A DNA stretch of 64,000 bases from a virus (IMGVR_UViG_3300044729_002678:32001-96000); one strand, 5' to 3'. Positions 1 to 9,919 are shown, numbered from the stretch's first letter. Program-made: numbers and translations. Notes: generated from the sequence alone by a model not told the origin.

Positions 1-158
1 TCTAAAATGGTTTTACACAACCACTCAGAGGCTTCTGAGTCAAAGTAGGTGGGTTTTAATATATCAAATATCTGCCTGCTAAATAGCATATCTGATAATA
101 GAGCAGATAATATTTTTGTTTGAAATCCGGTTCCGAATTTTGTTCCAAATTTTTCCAT
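1..158 (-). CDS. Replicative DNA helicase (DnaB/gp41-like), N-terminal fragment running off the window
   Basis: Read by hand: ATG at 158, MEKFGTKFGTGFQTKILSALLSDMLFSRQIFDILKPTYFDSEASEWLCKTIL, open to the window edge; follows SSB-RecA-exonuclease. Confidence 0.65.
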   Translation of the reverse strand, partial: MEKFGTKFGTGFQTKILSALLSDMLFSRQIFDILKPTYFDSEASEWLCKTIL

Positions 159-164
159 ATGATA

Positions 165-195
165 CTAATATACAACTTTATTTGGTTTTTTCAAA
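165..195 (-). promoter_or_regulatory. Bacteroidota-type sigma70 promoter for the helicase gene
   Basis: Minus strand TTTG-N19-TATATTAG, 6 nt before the ATG; close to the TTTG-N19-21-TAnnTTTG consensus. Confidence 0.65.
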
Positions 196-1227
196 GTAAT
201 TTTTTAGGATATTATCCAATCCCATAAAACTATTCCGTAACCACGAATCTACATTCGCAAAAGCAGTATATAACTTATCATACATAAACATTTTTTTAAA
301 TTCCAGCAAATTCAATTTAGGCTGGTGATTATCCAATATATTTCTAATATTTGATGTTATAGATGTTGATATATCAGGTGATTTCAATTGCATTAAATCA
401 TAATTCAATTCTATTGTTTGAATAGAATCTAATAATTTTTTTGATAATTTTTCATCACAATTTTCCTTTATCCCCGCAACAAATCCATTATAATCTAATT
501 CCACCTCATTCAAAAAATCCATTTTACCTAAAATGGTTTTTGTGCCAATACCATTAACACCTTTAATATTATCAGATGTATCCCCCATTATTACACGATA
601 CCAAATTAAGTTTTGTGGTATTACACCCCACTCTTCCTTGACAAGGGGTTCATCATACATTACTTTTTTAACGGGCGAATAAACCTTAATTCGTTCATTT
701 ACCAATTGTAAAAAATCTTTATCGGATGATAATAGTACTACCTCTTTCTTAAAATAATGATTGGCCATCCAAGCCATCAAATCATCTGCTTCCACATAAT
801 CAACTTGTAGAAGCGTTATGGGTAAGTTTTGTAAATATTCATACAAGCGAACAAACTGCTTTTTCATAGATTGCTGTTGGTCCTCTATATCCTCATATCC
901 ACTTAATCTATTCAATCGGGTTAATCCCGTTCTACCCCCTTTGTAATCCGCATACACCTTTTTTCTACGATGCGAACCACCCTTACCATCAAACACTATA
1001 ACTACCCTTGATGGATTTAAATTACGAATAGTGGCTGCGGTGGATAACAGGAAACCCGTTATACCACCACAATGCTCACCATCATCATTAAGAGCTGGGA
1101 CTGCTCCAAACACTCTGATAAACATATTAAGTCCATCAATTATCAATACCTTATCATTTAGGTTTTGATTTGTTGTTTGCTGATTTCCCAGCTTACTCAA
1201 TAATTCTTTGTAATTCTTAGTCATCAA
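178..1227 (-). CDS. 5'-3' exonuclease / flap endonuclease (T4 RNase H, PolA N-terminal family)
   Basis: Motifs LIIDGLN, VFDG, YKGGR, EADD, SSDKDFLQL, GDTSDNIKGVNGIG. Confidence 0.92.
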   Translation of the reverse strand: MMTKNYKELLSKLGNQQTTNQNLNDKVLIIDGLNMFIRVFGAVPALNDDGEHCGGITGFLLSTAATIRNLNPSRVVIVFDGKGGSHRRKKVYADYKGGRTGLTRLNRLSGYEDIEDQQQSMKKQFVRLYEYLQNLPITLLQVDYVEADDLMAWMANHYFKKEVVLLSSDKDFLQLVNERIKVYSPVKKVMYDEPLVKEEWGVIPQNLIWYRVIMGDTSDNIKGVNGIGTKTILGKMDFLNEVELDYNGFVAGIKENCDEKLSKKLLDSIQTIELNYDLMQLKSPDISTSITSNIRNILDNHQPKLNLLEFKKMFMYDKLYTAFANVDSWLRNSFMGLDNILKNYFEKTK

Positions 1228-2350
1228 AATCAGATAATTCTATGTTGTCAGTATTCGCTTCATCAGATGCTTCCTTATAAGAAAGGATATAAGAATCACA
1301 AATTTCGTTGTAGATTTTTTCCTTTATATCAGCACGAGTTTGGAGTAGTTCTGGGAAATTCTTAGCTTGAAACTTTATTTCTTCCCCAGTTTCTTTATCC
1401 GCCCAAGTATACCAAGCACCACTTTGATTTGCAAGTTTATACGCCTTCATCATCTCCAACCACGAACCCAAATTATCAATACCACTATCAAAGAAAATAT
1501 CATAATCTATTGAACGAAGTGGTGGCCCCATTCGGTTTTTAATAACTTGCGCCCGCGTTTTAATACCAACCACCTGGTCAATACCACCAACCTTTGCTTT
1601 CAACTGCCCCATCTGCTTCAAACGAATTCTACAACTTGAATGGAATGCGATTGCTTTACCACCGGATGTGGTCCATGGATCTCCAAAACTTACTCCCATT
1701 CTCGTTCTTAATTGGTTTGTAAAAATAAGAGTAATTCGCTCTCTACCAATTAAGTTGGTAATTTTACGCATTGCCTTTGAAATGATGATTGCTTTTTGAG
1801 TTGCAAATCCGGCCTGGTCATAATCCGCTGATATTTCAACCTTTGTTGATGCACCTGCGACCGAATCCACTACAATAGTAACCAATTTCTTTTTATCGGA
1901 TTTTCTTACCGAATCAATAATTGAATCAATTGCTTCAAAAATATCTTCCACCGTTTCCAATGGAACATACAACATCTTTTTTAGGTCAACACCAATTGCA
2001 TCTAAAAACTCCTGATTAAGTGCGTTTTCAGTATCAATATACACACCTAACCCACCCCTCTTTTGCGTATCCGCAATCGAATGGGCCGCTACCAATGATT
2101 TACCACTACCTTCCAATCCCGTAATCTCCGTAATTCTACCAACAGGCAAACCACCATTTGGGCGATTTGATATAGCCAAATCTAACATTTCAGAGCCAGT
2201 AGACACCCACTCGTCTAAATCGGTGGGTGTCTGCTCTGAGCCGTCTAAATAATAAGCTACTTTGTGTTGTGATTTGAACTTCTTATTAAGATTATCTGCG
2301 AGTATGGTAGATAGTTCATCACGAACTATATCTACTTTTGGTTTACTCAT
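1217..2350 (-). CDS. recA: RecA/UvsX recombinase
   Basis: GRITEITGLEGSGKS Walker A, YIDTENAL, VVDSVA, IFTNQLR, TSGGKAIAFHSS. Confidence 0.95.
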   Translation of the reverse strand: MSKPKVDIVRDELSTILADNLNKKFKSQHKVAYYLDGSEQTPTDLDEWVSTGSEMLDLAISNRPNGGLPVGRITEITGLEGSGKSLVAAHSIADTQKRGGLGVYIDTENALNQEFLDAIGVDLKKMLYVPLETVEDIFEAIDSIIDSVRKSDKKKLVTIVVDSVAGASTKVEISADYDQAGFATQKAIIISKAMRKITNLIGRERITLIFTNQLRTRMGVSFGDPWTTSGGKAIAFHSSCRIRLKQMGQLKAKVGGIDQVVGIKTRAQVIKNRMGPPLRSIDYDIFFDSGIDNLGSWLEMMKAYKLANQSGAWYTWADKETGEEIKFQAKNFPELLQTRADIKEKIYNEICDSYILSYKEASDEANTDNIELSDFDD

Positions 2351-2355
2351 ATAGA

Positions 2356-3117
2356 TTAATCGTTAAAAAGGTCGTCAAATGCTTCTTTTACTGAACCGGC
2401 TTTGCTTGTGGTTGGTGTAGCTTCTACAACTGCAGGTTGTTCTGATTTTGTTTCTTCTTTCACTTCACCAGTTTCCAACCAAACCTCCAACATTCCCTTC
2501 AACTCATCATAAGTGTATCGCTTGAAGATTGTGCTTAAATCGGCTTGATTTTTTACCAACTGAACAATATTCTTATCCTCAGTCATTGGTGTTGTGTTTG
2601 GTTTTACCCTAATAAATGTTTCAGGATAAGATTTACCCACCTCTGCTGCTGATTTGAACTCTACGGTAATATCTCTACCACTCATAGGGTCAGTCAAATC
2701 ACCATAGTCTGGGTCTGCGAAGAACGCGAGGATTTCTTGGTAAACCTGCTTACCAAATCCCCAAAATTTAACACCCTCCGATTCTTCACCCCTTACCAAA
2801 ATAGGAACATAAGTTCTCATTTTTGGGGTTAGTTTTTTAGAGAGGTTGTAATCTTCCCTATCCTTCGTTGCTTTCAATTGCTCTGAAAATTCTACGATAG
2901 GGTCTTTCTCACCAAATGATACAGGTGATAGAATAGTTTTTCCACCAAAATCAAAGTGAAAATACAATTCAATGAAAGGGTTTTCTTTGTTGTGCACATA
3001 AGGCACTAATCTGATTTGCTGCTTACCTGGATTTGGTTTCCATAAGGTATCAGTCTTTTGAACTTTTGTTTGAAGTGTATTCAAACGATTTCGGATTGCG
3101 TTTAGGTCAATTCCCAT
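2356..3117 (-). CDS. Single-stranded DNA-binding protein (gp32-like)
   Basis: LWKP..G...IRLVP, VKFWGFGK, DLTDP..GRD motifs and an acidic tail AFDDLFND; next to recA. Confidence 0.85.
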   Translation of the reverse strand: MGIDLNAIRNRLNTLQTKVQKTDTLWKPNPGKQQIRLVPYVHNKENPFIELYFHFDFGGKTILSPVSFGEKDPIVEFSEQLKATKDREDYNLSKKLTPKMRTYVPILVRGEESEGVKFWGFGKQVYQEILAFFADPDYGDLTDPMSGRDITVEFKSAAEVGKSYPETFIRVKPNTTPMTEDKNIVQLVKNQADLSTIFKRYTYDELKGMLEVWLETGEVKEETKSEQPAVVEATPTTSKAGSVKEAFDDLFND

Positions 3118-3158
3118 AATTACTCCATTTTTTAATAGTTAAACAAAAATTATAGTCA

Positions 3159-3190
3159 CTAATATACAACATTTGGTTGACAATTCCAAA
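3159..3190 (-). promoter_or_regulatory. Bacteroidota-type sigma70 promoter for the ssb-recA-exonuclease genes
   Basis: Minus strand TTTG-N20-TATATTAG. Confidence 0.65.
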
Positions 3191-3215
3191 TATTTTTCCA
3201 ATATTTATTATTTTT

Positions 3216-3605
3216 TTATTCCGCAGTTACTACTTTATAAATAGTTGTTTTTAAAAATTTAAAACCTGTATCGTTTGTTAATAAAACTCCATTTTTATAA
3301 TCTTCCCAATTTAATTGGTAATTTTTATCCAAAACACCACCATTTAACTTTTGAATAAGTCTATTTAAGGCGTTTATAGTATATAATGTATTTGTTTCTC
3401 TTTTTCTATGAACCATTATTGTATTTGGTAAAAATTTTGAGGTATGTGTGGGTATGATATTGTAACTAATAACCAATTCATCTGAGTTTTCTAATGTCAA
3501 TACAAATATTTTTTTACTAAATAGTGTGAATCCGGTTTTTATAGCCGACACATCACTATCACATAAATCATCCTTTGTAAAGGTTATTAATAACTGTGTT
3601 TTCAC
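3216..3605 (-). CDS. Conserved phage hypothetical protein
   Basis: 129-aa ORF, GTG start with GGAGA upstream, HRK.ETNTLYTINALN motif. Confidence 0.7.
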   Translation of the reverse strand: MKTQLLITFTKDDLCDSDVSAIKTGFTLFSKKIFVLTLENSDELVISYNIIPTHTSKFLPNTIMVHRKRETNTLYTINALNRLIQKLNGGVLDKNYQLNWEDYKNGVLLTNDTGFKFLKTTIYKVVTAE

Positions 3606-3619
3606 TCATATCTCCATAA

Positions 3620-5530
3620 TTATTTTGAATATACATCTTTATTAGCAGCTTCAAGTATTTTAGCAAACCTTTTATCCAACTGCATTTCAAATTTTATTAC
3701 ACCACCATAACCAACACCATCTTCACGAATTGCAATTGTAGCCAATGGAATAATTTTACCATCAATATCAGCCTTATACCCCAAATAAGGAGGATTACCA
3801 TCTTGGGCCACTAATTTTTCTTTGATTTGTTTAAAATCAGATGTTCCAAATATTTTTTCCATTATTGTTTTATCCAAAGAGTTTGGGCCAATAGCCATTG
3901 TTTCTTCACCATCAGAAATAGATTTTAGAGGAAACTCATTTTTAATTTCCGCCAACATACCGGCTTTCAGTTTTGGATTTGTAACAATTGCTTTAATAGC
4001 GGCAGATTGATATTTACGATGGGTTTCATCAACATTTTTCATGTATTGTTTTGCCTCTTCATTTCCAGAATCGGCAAGAGCCTTTATACCTTCTAATACA
4101 ACTTTAGCTTTACCACGATTTCCACCACCCTTTTTTAAATCATTTAAAGCATCATCAAATGATATTTTTTTAGATTTTATAGTATCTATTAATGATTTTG
4201 CGGCAGGGTCATTTGAATCAATTAATTTTTTAATATCATTTGAAAATTTCGAACCAAAATTGCTTAGAGCTTTTCTTTGATTTGATGAATACACTTTTTG
4301 ATTAATTTCATCTGGCAAATCAGCATCCCATTCAGTAAATTTACCTGTGCCTGAATTCAAAAAATTAACTAAAGTTGATTTTTTCAACGAAACCTCGTCC
4401 AAAATTTCACTACCATCTTGTAGTCTAATTTTGGCGTACATATCGCTTGAAAATCCTTTATTTTTATTGTAGTTTTTAAGACCAAGTGCTTCCACTTCAT
4501 TTTTAGTATCCCAAGATGTAACCACAATTTCAGCACCAGGATATTGTAAATTAATCCGATTTAGTATTGCCTGTCTATTGTTTTTAGCAGCCTCTATCCA
4601 ACTCTTTGTAACAATTCTACTATTTTCAGCTTTTAAAGTAGGGTTGTTTTTAATCAATGCGGATTCGTGTGCCAAAAGAGATTCGGTTAATTTTGTAAAT
4701 TCTTCGTTTGACATGGATACACCCATCATCGTCATCAATTCTCCGGCTTGAGCAGATATTTGACCAGCTCCTCCAGAAATATCGCTAAAGTGAGACCATT
4801 TTGTAGCATCACCACTAGGACGGGTATTCATCATTCGTTCTAATGCTTTCAAATATCGTTTTGGGAATTTTGGATTAGAGATGAAATCAGTTGGAATCTT
4901 AAAAGCCTCGGGTGGAATTGGGTTTGCTAATTTTACATTTTTCTTTTCAAATTCGGCATCATCAGGAATCATTTCTTGAGTAAAAGCTTTGGATTCTAAT
5001 GAATTTGTTTTTATTAAAGTTTTATCTTTACCCGCTATAATACGCTCTTCGGAGGCAGGTTCACCTTTAGGTTCATCCAAATCATCCGATTGTTTTGATT
5101 TTTGTTTTTCCTTTTCAACATCATCTTCGCTCGCAATATCTTGCGTTTCAGGATTGTGTTTTTTAACGGTATATACTGAACCTGATTTTTTATTCTTAAC
5201 CCAAGTATCTTCCTCCAACCCCATCTTTTTCTTTTTCAGGTATTCTTCTTTTTCAGCAGCGGTCATCATACCAAACTCAATTGCCTCTATATCCTTTTCG
5301 GGATTATCTTCCTCACCATCGGGTTGAGCAGGTAGGGTTGTTGGTGGTTTTGGTGGTGTTCCTTGCTCTGATAATAGAGTATGTAAATACTTACCCACCT
5401 CTTTCCCATATAAATCAGATGCAATCTCAGAAATGTGCCTTATAACTCTTGGCTCATTTATGTTGATAAGGTCAGTTCCTATTTCAACCCATGCTCTATA
5501 TAAAATTTCTTCAATAAAACTATTCTTCAT
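3620..5530 (-). CDS. Hypothetical protein, possibly virion-internal, with a putative PD-(D/E)xK-like nuclease domain
   Basis: 636 aa; late motif 3 nt before ATG; QAGE...SSD...EVSLKK pattern. Confidence 0.5.
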   Translation of the reverse strand: MKNSFIEEILYRAWVEIGTDLININEPRVIRHISEIASDLYGKEVGKYLHTLLSEQGTPPKPPTTLPAQPDGEEDNPEKDIEAIEFGMMTAAEKEEYLKKKKMGLEEDTWVKNKKSGSVYTVKKHNPETQDIASEDDVEKEKQKSKQSDDLDEPKGEPASEERIIAGKDKTLIKTNSLESKAFTQEMIPDDAEFEKKNVKLANPIPPEAFKIPTDFISNPKFPKRYLKALERMMNTRPSGDATKWSHFSDISGGAGQISAQAGELMTMMGVSMSNEEFTKLTESLLAHESALIKNNPTLKAENSRIVTKSWIEAAKNNRQAILNRINLQYPGAEIVVTSWDTKNEVEALGLKNYNKNKGFSSDMYAKIRLQDGSEILDEVSLKKSTLVNFLNSGTGKFTEWDADLPDEINQKVYSSNQRKALSNFGSKFSNDIKKLIDSNDPAAKSLIDTIKSKKISFDDALNDLKKGGGNRGKAKVVLEGIKALADSGNEEAKQYMKNVDETHRKYQSAAIKAIVTNPKLKAGMLAEIKNEFPLKSISDGEETMAIGPNSLDKTIMEKIFGTSDFKQIKEKLVAQDGNPPYLGYKADIDGKIIPLATIAIREDGVGYGGVIKFEMQLDKRFAKILEAANKDVYSK

Positions 5531-5533
5531 AAG

Positions 5534-5541
5534 TATAAATA
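5534..5541 (-). promoter_or_regulatory. Putative late promoter TATTTATA (leaderless type)
   Basis: ATATTTATACTT-ATG, identical to the context of the portal gene start. Confidence 0.6.
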
Positions 5542-5547
5542 TCTTTA

Positions 5548-6756
5548 TTATATACTAAACATATTTTTATAATCATCCCCAACCTCAACCTTTACAGGAT
5601 AACCACCAAACTCCATAATCTCTTTTACCTTTTTGGGGAATGTATCTATTTCATCATCCGATACATCAAATAAGATTGAGTCATAAGTATAAAGTACAGG
5701 TATTGATTTGTATTCTCCCAATTGTTTTGAGAGTTTATCTATAATAAGTATGTTTCTTTCCGTTTCTAATGATTGTAATAAGTAATTAAATAGTTTATTT
5801 TTGTTCATTTCATCGGATTTTCGGATAATTCTCTTAAATATAGGGGTCTTAATCCCAAAATTAAAAGAAAACTCATCCCATAACCTATCAATCATCGCAG
5901 AAACCGAACTATAAAATGGTATATGTTTATACTCATCCTGCACCCCACCATACAACTGCCTAAAAGTTATAGGTTTTGCTTGCTCCATAGGCACTCCATA
6001 TTGTTGACCTAACCAATTGTGAGCGGATATATCAGTTGGTATGGGTTCTCCTATCAACCCGGCAATTAAACGAATGTGGTAGCCATCATAATCAAAACTG
6101 AACAACTTACCATTATCAAATCGAGATACAAATCTACTTCGGGTATCATCACCCTTTTTAAGTGCCGCATAGTTAATGCCATTGAACGCATTAGAAGGAC
6201 GGGATGTGGATGTAAGAAAGTTATACTTCGTATATTCAATACCACTTTTAGTATTTATACCCCACTTTTCTATGTTGTATAAAGAATGCGGATACAATTT
6301 TGAAAATTTATGTGGTGGGTTGTTCCTAATACTATTAAATAATTTTTTCCAATCACCAAACCCCTCATAATGTTTTAATATGGGTATTAAATCACCACTC
6401 TTTGGCACACCCCTCCGTCTGAATATAGGATATATCCCTAATTCATCTACCTCCCAATTCATCCCAAGATGAAACAATTGAGCCTGTAAATCGTATAGGT
6501 TTTTGTGGGTATTGTAGTGATATAAAAATGATTTTAAATCCACCACAAACACCTCATTAAATCTATTCAGGTCTAACTCACCCCCAAATATATCAGCATC
6601 TAAATTTCGGAAATTTATACACACATCCACCTCCCCATCCGAAATAAAAAGGGATGATAATTCCGTTTGAGCAGAGTGTTTGCTCAAAGAACTATATACT
6701 GGATACACCAAAACCCTATCCGAAGATAGGGTACGGGGAATTTCGTTAAAAATCAT
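5548..6756 (-). CDS. Short family A DNA polymerase
   Basis: TSTSRPS, INYAAL, motif A FDYDGYHIRL, motif B AKPITFRQLYG, motif C YTYDSILFD. Confidence 0.8.
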   Translation of the reverse strand: MIFNEIPRTLSSDRVLVYPVYSSLSKHSAQTELSSLFISDGEVDVCINFRNLDADIFGGELDLNRFNEVFVVDLKSFLYHYNTHKNLYDLQAQLFHLGMNWEVDELGIYPIFRRRGVPKSGDLIPILKHYEGFGDWKKLFNSIRNNPPHKFSKLYPHSLYNIEKWGINTKSGIEYTKYNFLTSTSRPSNAFNGINYAALKKGDDTRSRFVSRFDNGKLFSFDYDGYHIRLIAGLIGEPIPTDISAHNWLGQQYGVPMEQAKPITFRQLYGGVQDEYKHIPFYSSVSAMIDRLWDEFSFNFGIKTPIFKRIIRKSDEMNKNKLFNYLLQSLETERNILIIDKLSKQLGEYKSIPVLYTYDSILFDVSDDEIDTFPKKVKEIMEFGGYPVKVEVGDDYKNMFSI

Positions 6757-6760
6757 TTAA

Positions 6761-6792
6761 CTAATATACGAAAGAATAATTAAAATTACAAA
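6761..6792 (-). promoter_or_regulatory. Bacteroidota-type sigma70 promoter for the polymerase gene
   Basis: TTTG-N20-TATATTAG, 4 nt before ATG. Confidence 0.65.
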
Positions 6793-6947
6793 TAAAGTAC
6801 ATCAATTGTATAACCCGATACACGATAAACTGAATTGAACAACCCACCCTCTACTTTTGTAACTTTGTAGCCAAGAGCAGCCATTCGTCGGGCGAAAAGA
6901 AATTCACTGTAAAAAGGAACTTTAAATTTTTTCCAATACTTTTTCAT
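6786..6947 (-). CDS. Small hypothetical protein, 53 aa (not in the ORF track)
   Basis: MKKYWKKFKVPFYSEFLFARRMAALGYKVTKVEGGLFNSVYRVSGYTIDVLYL; fills the gap between neighbours. Confidence 0.55.
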   Translation of the reverse strand: MKKYWKKFKVPFYSEFLFARRMAALGYKVTKVEGGLFNSVYRVSGYTIDVLYL

Positions 6948-6952
6948 AGGGT

Positions 6953-7129
6953 TTAGAATTTATAAGTTAATTTTTTTCCAAGCTTTCGTTTGTTCACAAT
7001 CTTAGCATCCGCTTCCATTCTGGCCTTTTCTTCGGATGCCCCATATTTTAAGTGAAAATCGTAGGTCGCTTTCCAAAGAACTTTTTCAGGACCTGTTAAA
7101 TTTGTTGGTTCGGTTTTCATATCTCTCAT
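6953..7129 (-). CDS. Small hypothetical protein (start likely 7129 or 7120)
   Basis: The ORF-track start at 7198 overlaps the promoter; downstream ATGs fit better. Confidence 0.55.
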   Translation of the reverse strand: MRDMKTEPTNLTGPEKVLWKATYDFHLKYGASEEKARMEADAKIVNKRKLGKKLTYKF

Positions 7130-7141
7130 TGTCTTACATAG

Positions 7142-7173
7142 TAAAGATACTACAAAAATCCCAAACTTCCAAG
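7142..7173 (-). promoter_or_regulatory. Bacteroidota-type promoter variant
   Basis: CTTG-N20-TATCTTTA. Confidence 0.5.
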
Positions 7174-7229
7174 CTTTTTCCCCAAAAGTTATCCACATTT
7201 TAGGTTAAAACTGTCCAATTTAGTGGACA

Positions 7230-7790
7230 CTATACTGAAAATTGCTTTAAATTAGTTAAAAACCTGTCTATATTTGATATGTCATTTTTTAAAAGGTTTA
7301 TTACTTTTTGGTTTGTATCTATAATGTCTTTTTGGGGTGTATATTCCAATCTACCAATTTTCCACTTAAATTCTTTCTTAATATACAAAAATTCATCCAA
7401 TTCTTCAAAATTTTTTTTAGAAACTTCATATAAATTTGAATTATTAAATTGGGATACAATATATCTATCTAAATAACCACGATTATAATCGGATTGTGTT
7501 GGTGTGGGTGTGAATGGTATTGGTGATTTATATTTGTTTTTAAACTTATCGTTTGTCAATTTATCATACTCAACGATAGTTTTTTCAGTCTGATTATTTA
7601 AGTTTTTATATGGAATAAGTGGTTTAGATATACCTTCCAAATATTCACTCCCAGTATATACTTCCCCCGTACTTTTATATCTATGGTATGCGCCAATATA
7701 TTCCTCACCTGTTTCCAACATCCACTCAGATGATTTTGAAATTCCGGAAACTTTATCGCCCGGCATATAATATAATTTTTTTCGTGCCAT
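7230..7790 (-). CDS. Conserved hypothetical protein of the baseplate region
   Basis: Likely start MARKKLYY directly after the upstream stop; YIGAYH and PTPTQSDYNRG motifs. Confidence 0.65.
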   Translation of the reverse strand: MARKKLYYMPGDKVSGISKSSEWMLETGEEYIGAYHRYKSTGEVYTGSEYLEGISKPLIPYKNLNNQTEKTIVEYDKLTNDKFKNKYKSPIPFTPTPTQSDYNRGYLDRYIVSQFNNSNLYEVSKKNFEELDEFLYIKKEFKWKIGRLEYTPQKDIIDTNQKVINLLKNDISNIDRFLTNLKQFSV

Positions 7791-7791
7791 A

Positions 7792-9612
7792 CTAAAATCC
7801 AATATCACCCTCATTTATTTCATTAATTTGGGCCGCTGATAAATTTCTTGTTACGGGTGGTGTTGGTGATACACCTGCAATTGGATCAAATGCTTTGGGA
7901 ATTGTTGCACCATCGCTTATATCAAACATCATTTGACCTTCTAAATCCATTGTCCAATCACCATTATCAAATTTGTGAGATTGTTTCAAAATAATAAAAT
8001 AAACATTGGAAGCACGAAGCATTGAAGGTAATCCTGCAACTTTAAATGCTTTTCCAAATAAATGCTGCCCATACCCATCCACAGTTACAGTTAAAGTTAC
8101 ACCATATTTATATCCAATTTGTTGTGGTAATTGAACATTACATATTTTTTTTAATGTTTGAATACATTCATTTAGAATGGTTTCATCCAATTCTTTAAAT
8201 GACTCATACATATTTACTAATTCTTGTTTATGCTGTACCACATCAGGTAAAGTAGGTGTACACCCAAAAACACCTCTAATAGTTCCCTGTCCCTTACCAC
8301 TTTGAGCGGAAGATAGTGCAATTGCTGCAATTTCAGAGTCAATTGTAGATTGTATATTTATATTTCTTATTTTTGCGGTTTTATTTAATGGGTTTACAAT
8401 TGTTAAATCTTTAAGGTTTTGAATAAGAGTTTTTCTATCCGTTATTTCATATCCATGTTCAATGCCCTCTCCAGACTGACCATATGGTATTAATTCTAAT
8501 TTTATAGAATCACCCAAACAATTATTTATTTCATCTAAAACTTTTCGTATAAACTGAATAAGTGTATTTTTAGTTGCGTGCGGATTGTCAGATTTATCAC
8601 CAGGAAAATCATACTCAATTTTTTCTAAAAAATCAAATGATACAAAATACATAACACCACCACCATCCCATCCAAAGTTTGCACCTACGGTATAGTTAGC
8701 AGCCTCACCACCATTACCTTGATTTAATACATTTAATGGATTTGCAGATTTAATCTTTGGCGTTACTTGTGTAGCCGATACAACATCATAATTTATACCT
8801 TTAAAATTACCATCTTTTGGTAATGGTAAATTATTATTAATTGTTTCAATTAATTTTGATAAAGAAACATAATAAACAACTTTTTCTTTGTTCCAAAATA
8901 ACCAATTTGTTTCGCTTAATTTAATTTTTGCAATACCATAACTATTATCTCCCTTAGCTAAACCCAACCCAACATCAGGTTCAGAACCTTTTAAATTTTT
9001 TATTGCCTGTGCTTTTAAAAAACCAACAATTGTTTGTGGGCTGAAATTTCCTATTTTATGTTTTGTATTTTCATTTTTTAGATTTAATCCAAACGCTGCA
9101 GCAGATTCAAGCGCAGCTCCAGCAAAAGTAACCGAGCATTCATATTGTAATTTTTCGTTTATTGTAAATTGAAAATCTACAATCGTACCAGTAATCGTTA
9201 TTGATCCTCCATAGTTTATCCACCCAAGAGTTAATTTCACTTCATTGAAATGTTGAAAAAATGCTCTATCAAAACTATTAAATTGTCCCGGACTATAACA
9301 CACAAAATTAACAGTTGCTTTCCAAAGATATGCATCTATAATATCATTTGCACCATCATTTGACCAATCTACCGATGTTAGGGATGGTGGTGGAACTAAT
9401 CTTGGACCTGAAAGTATATCAGTATATGCAGCAGATGATACATTAGCAGATTCAATCGTTGCAGGCTCAGCACCACACAAACCTTTTCCAGTAGAAATAA
9501 ATCTAGCGTATGCTCTTCTTTCAGCTACAATTTTTGATGCGGATTTACCCAATTCATCATCATAAAAAACTCCGGATGGTACTGAATCTTTACCAAAATT
9601 TAATTTACTCAT
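7792..9612 (-). CDS. Putative baseplate hub / tail protein
   Basis: 606 aa after the LysM-like gene; C-terminal H.F..GDW.M.L pattern seen in hub proteins. Confidence 0.5.
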   Translation of the reverse strand: MSKLNFGKDSVPSGVFYDDELGKSASKIVAERRAYARFISTGKGLCGAEPATIESANVSSAAYTDILSGPRLVPPPSLTSVDWSNDGANDIIDAYLWKATVNFVCYSPGQFNSFDRAFFQHFNEVKLTLGWINYGGSITITGTIVDFQFTINEKLQYECSVTFAGAALESAAAFGLNLKNENTKHKIGNFSPQTIVGFLKAQAIKNLKGSEPDVGLGLAKGDNSYGIAKIKLSETNWLFWNKEKVVYYVSLSKLIETINNNLPLPKDGNFKGINYDVVSATQVTPKIKSANPLNVLNQGNGGEAANYTVGANFGWDGGGVMYFVSFDFLEKIEYDFPGDKSDNPHATKNTLIQFIRKVLDEINNCLGDSIKLELIPYGQSGEGIEHGYEITDRKTLIQNLKDLTIVNPLNKTAKIRNINIQSTIDSEIAAIALSSAQSGKGQGTIRGVFGCTPTLPDVVQHKQELVNMYESFKELDETILNECIQTLKKICNVQLPQQIGYKYGVTLTVTVDGYGQHLFGKAFKVAGLPSMLRASNVYFIILKQSHKFDNGDWTMDLEGQMMFDISDGATIPKAFDPIAGVSPTPPVTRNLSAAQINEINEGDIGF

Positions 9613-9914
9613 TGTTGTAGATTATTTAATACTGTGTATTCCTGCAAAATATTCGTTATTTCAGTTGGTATTCTTATTTGTTTCCCAACGGGGACTAATA
9701 AACTACCTTTACCAATACTATTTGCTTCCGCGATAATCCACCATAATGTGGGGTCTTTATAATACTGCCATGCTAAATTATCTAACCTATCGGAAAAAGA
9801 ACCAATAATGTAAATATCCGATAATTTTTCCTCTATAACAGGATATTTTACAGTTGGATAATACTTTCTACCCGTAGTAGAAGATAATCTATTTGATGTG
9901 TTATATCTTTTCAT
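9609..9914 (-). CDS. LysM-like baseplate wedge protein (gp53/tail X-like)
   Basis: DRLDNLAWQYYKDPTLWWIIAEAN...GKQIRIP. Confidence 0.8.
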   Translation of the reverse strand: MKRYNTSNRLSSTTGRKYYPTVKYPVIEEKLSDIYIIGSFSDRLDNLAWQYYKDPTLWWIIAEANSIGKGSLLVPVGKQIRIPTEITNILQEYTVLNNLQQ

Positions 9915-9919
9915 AGTTA

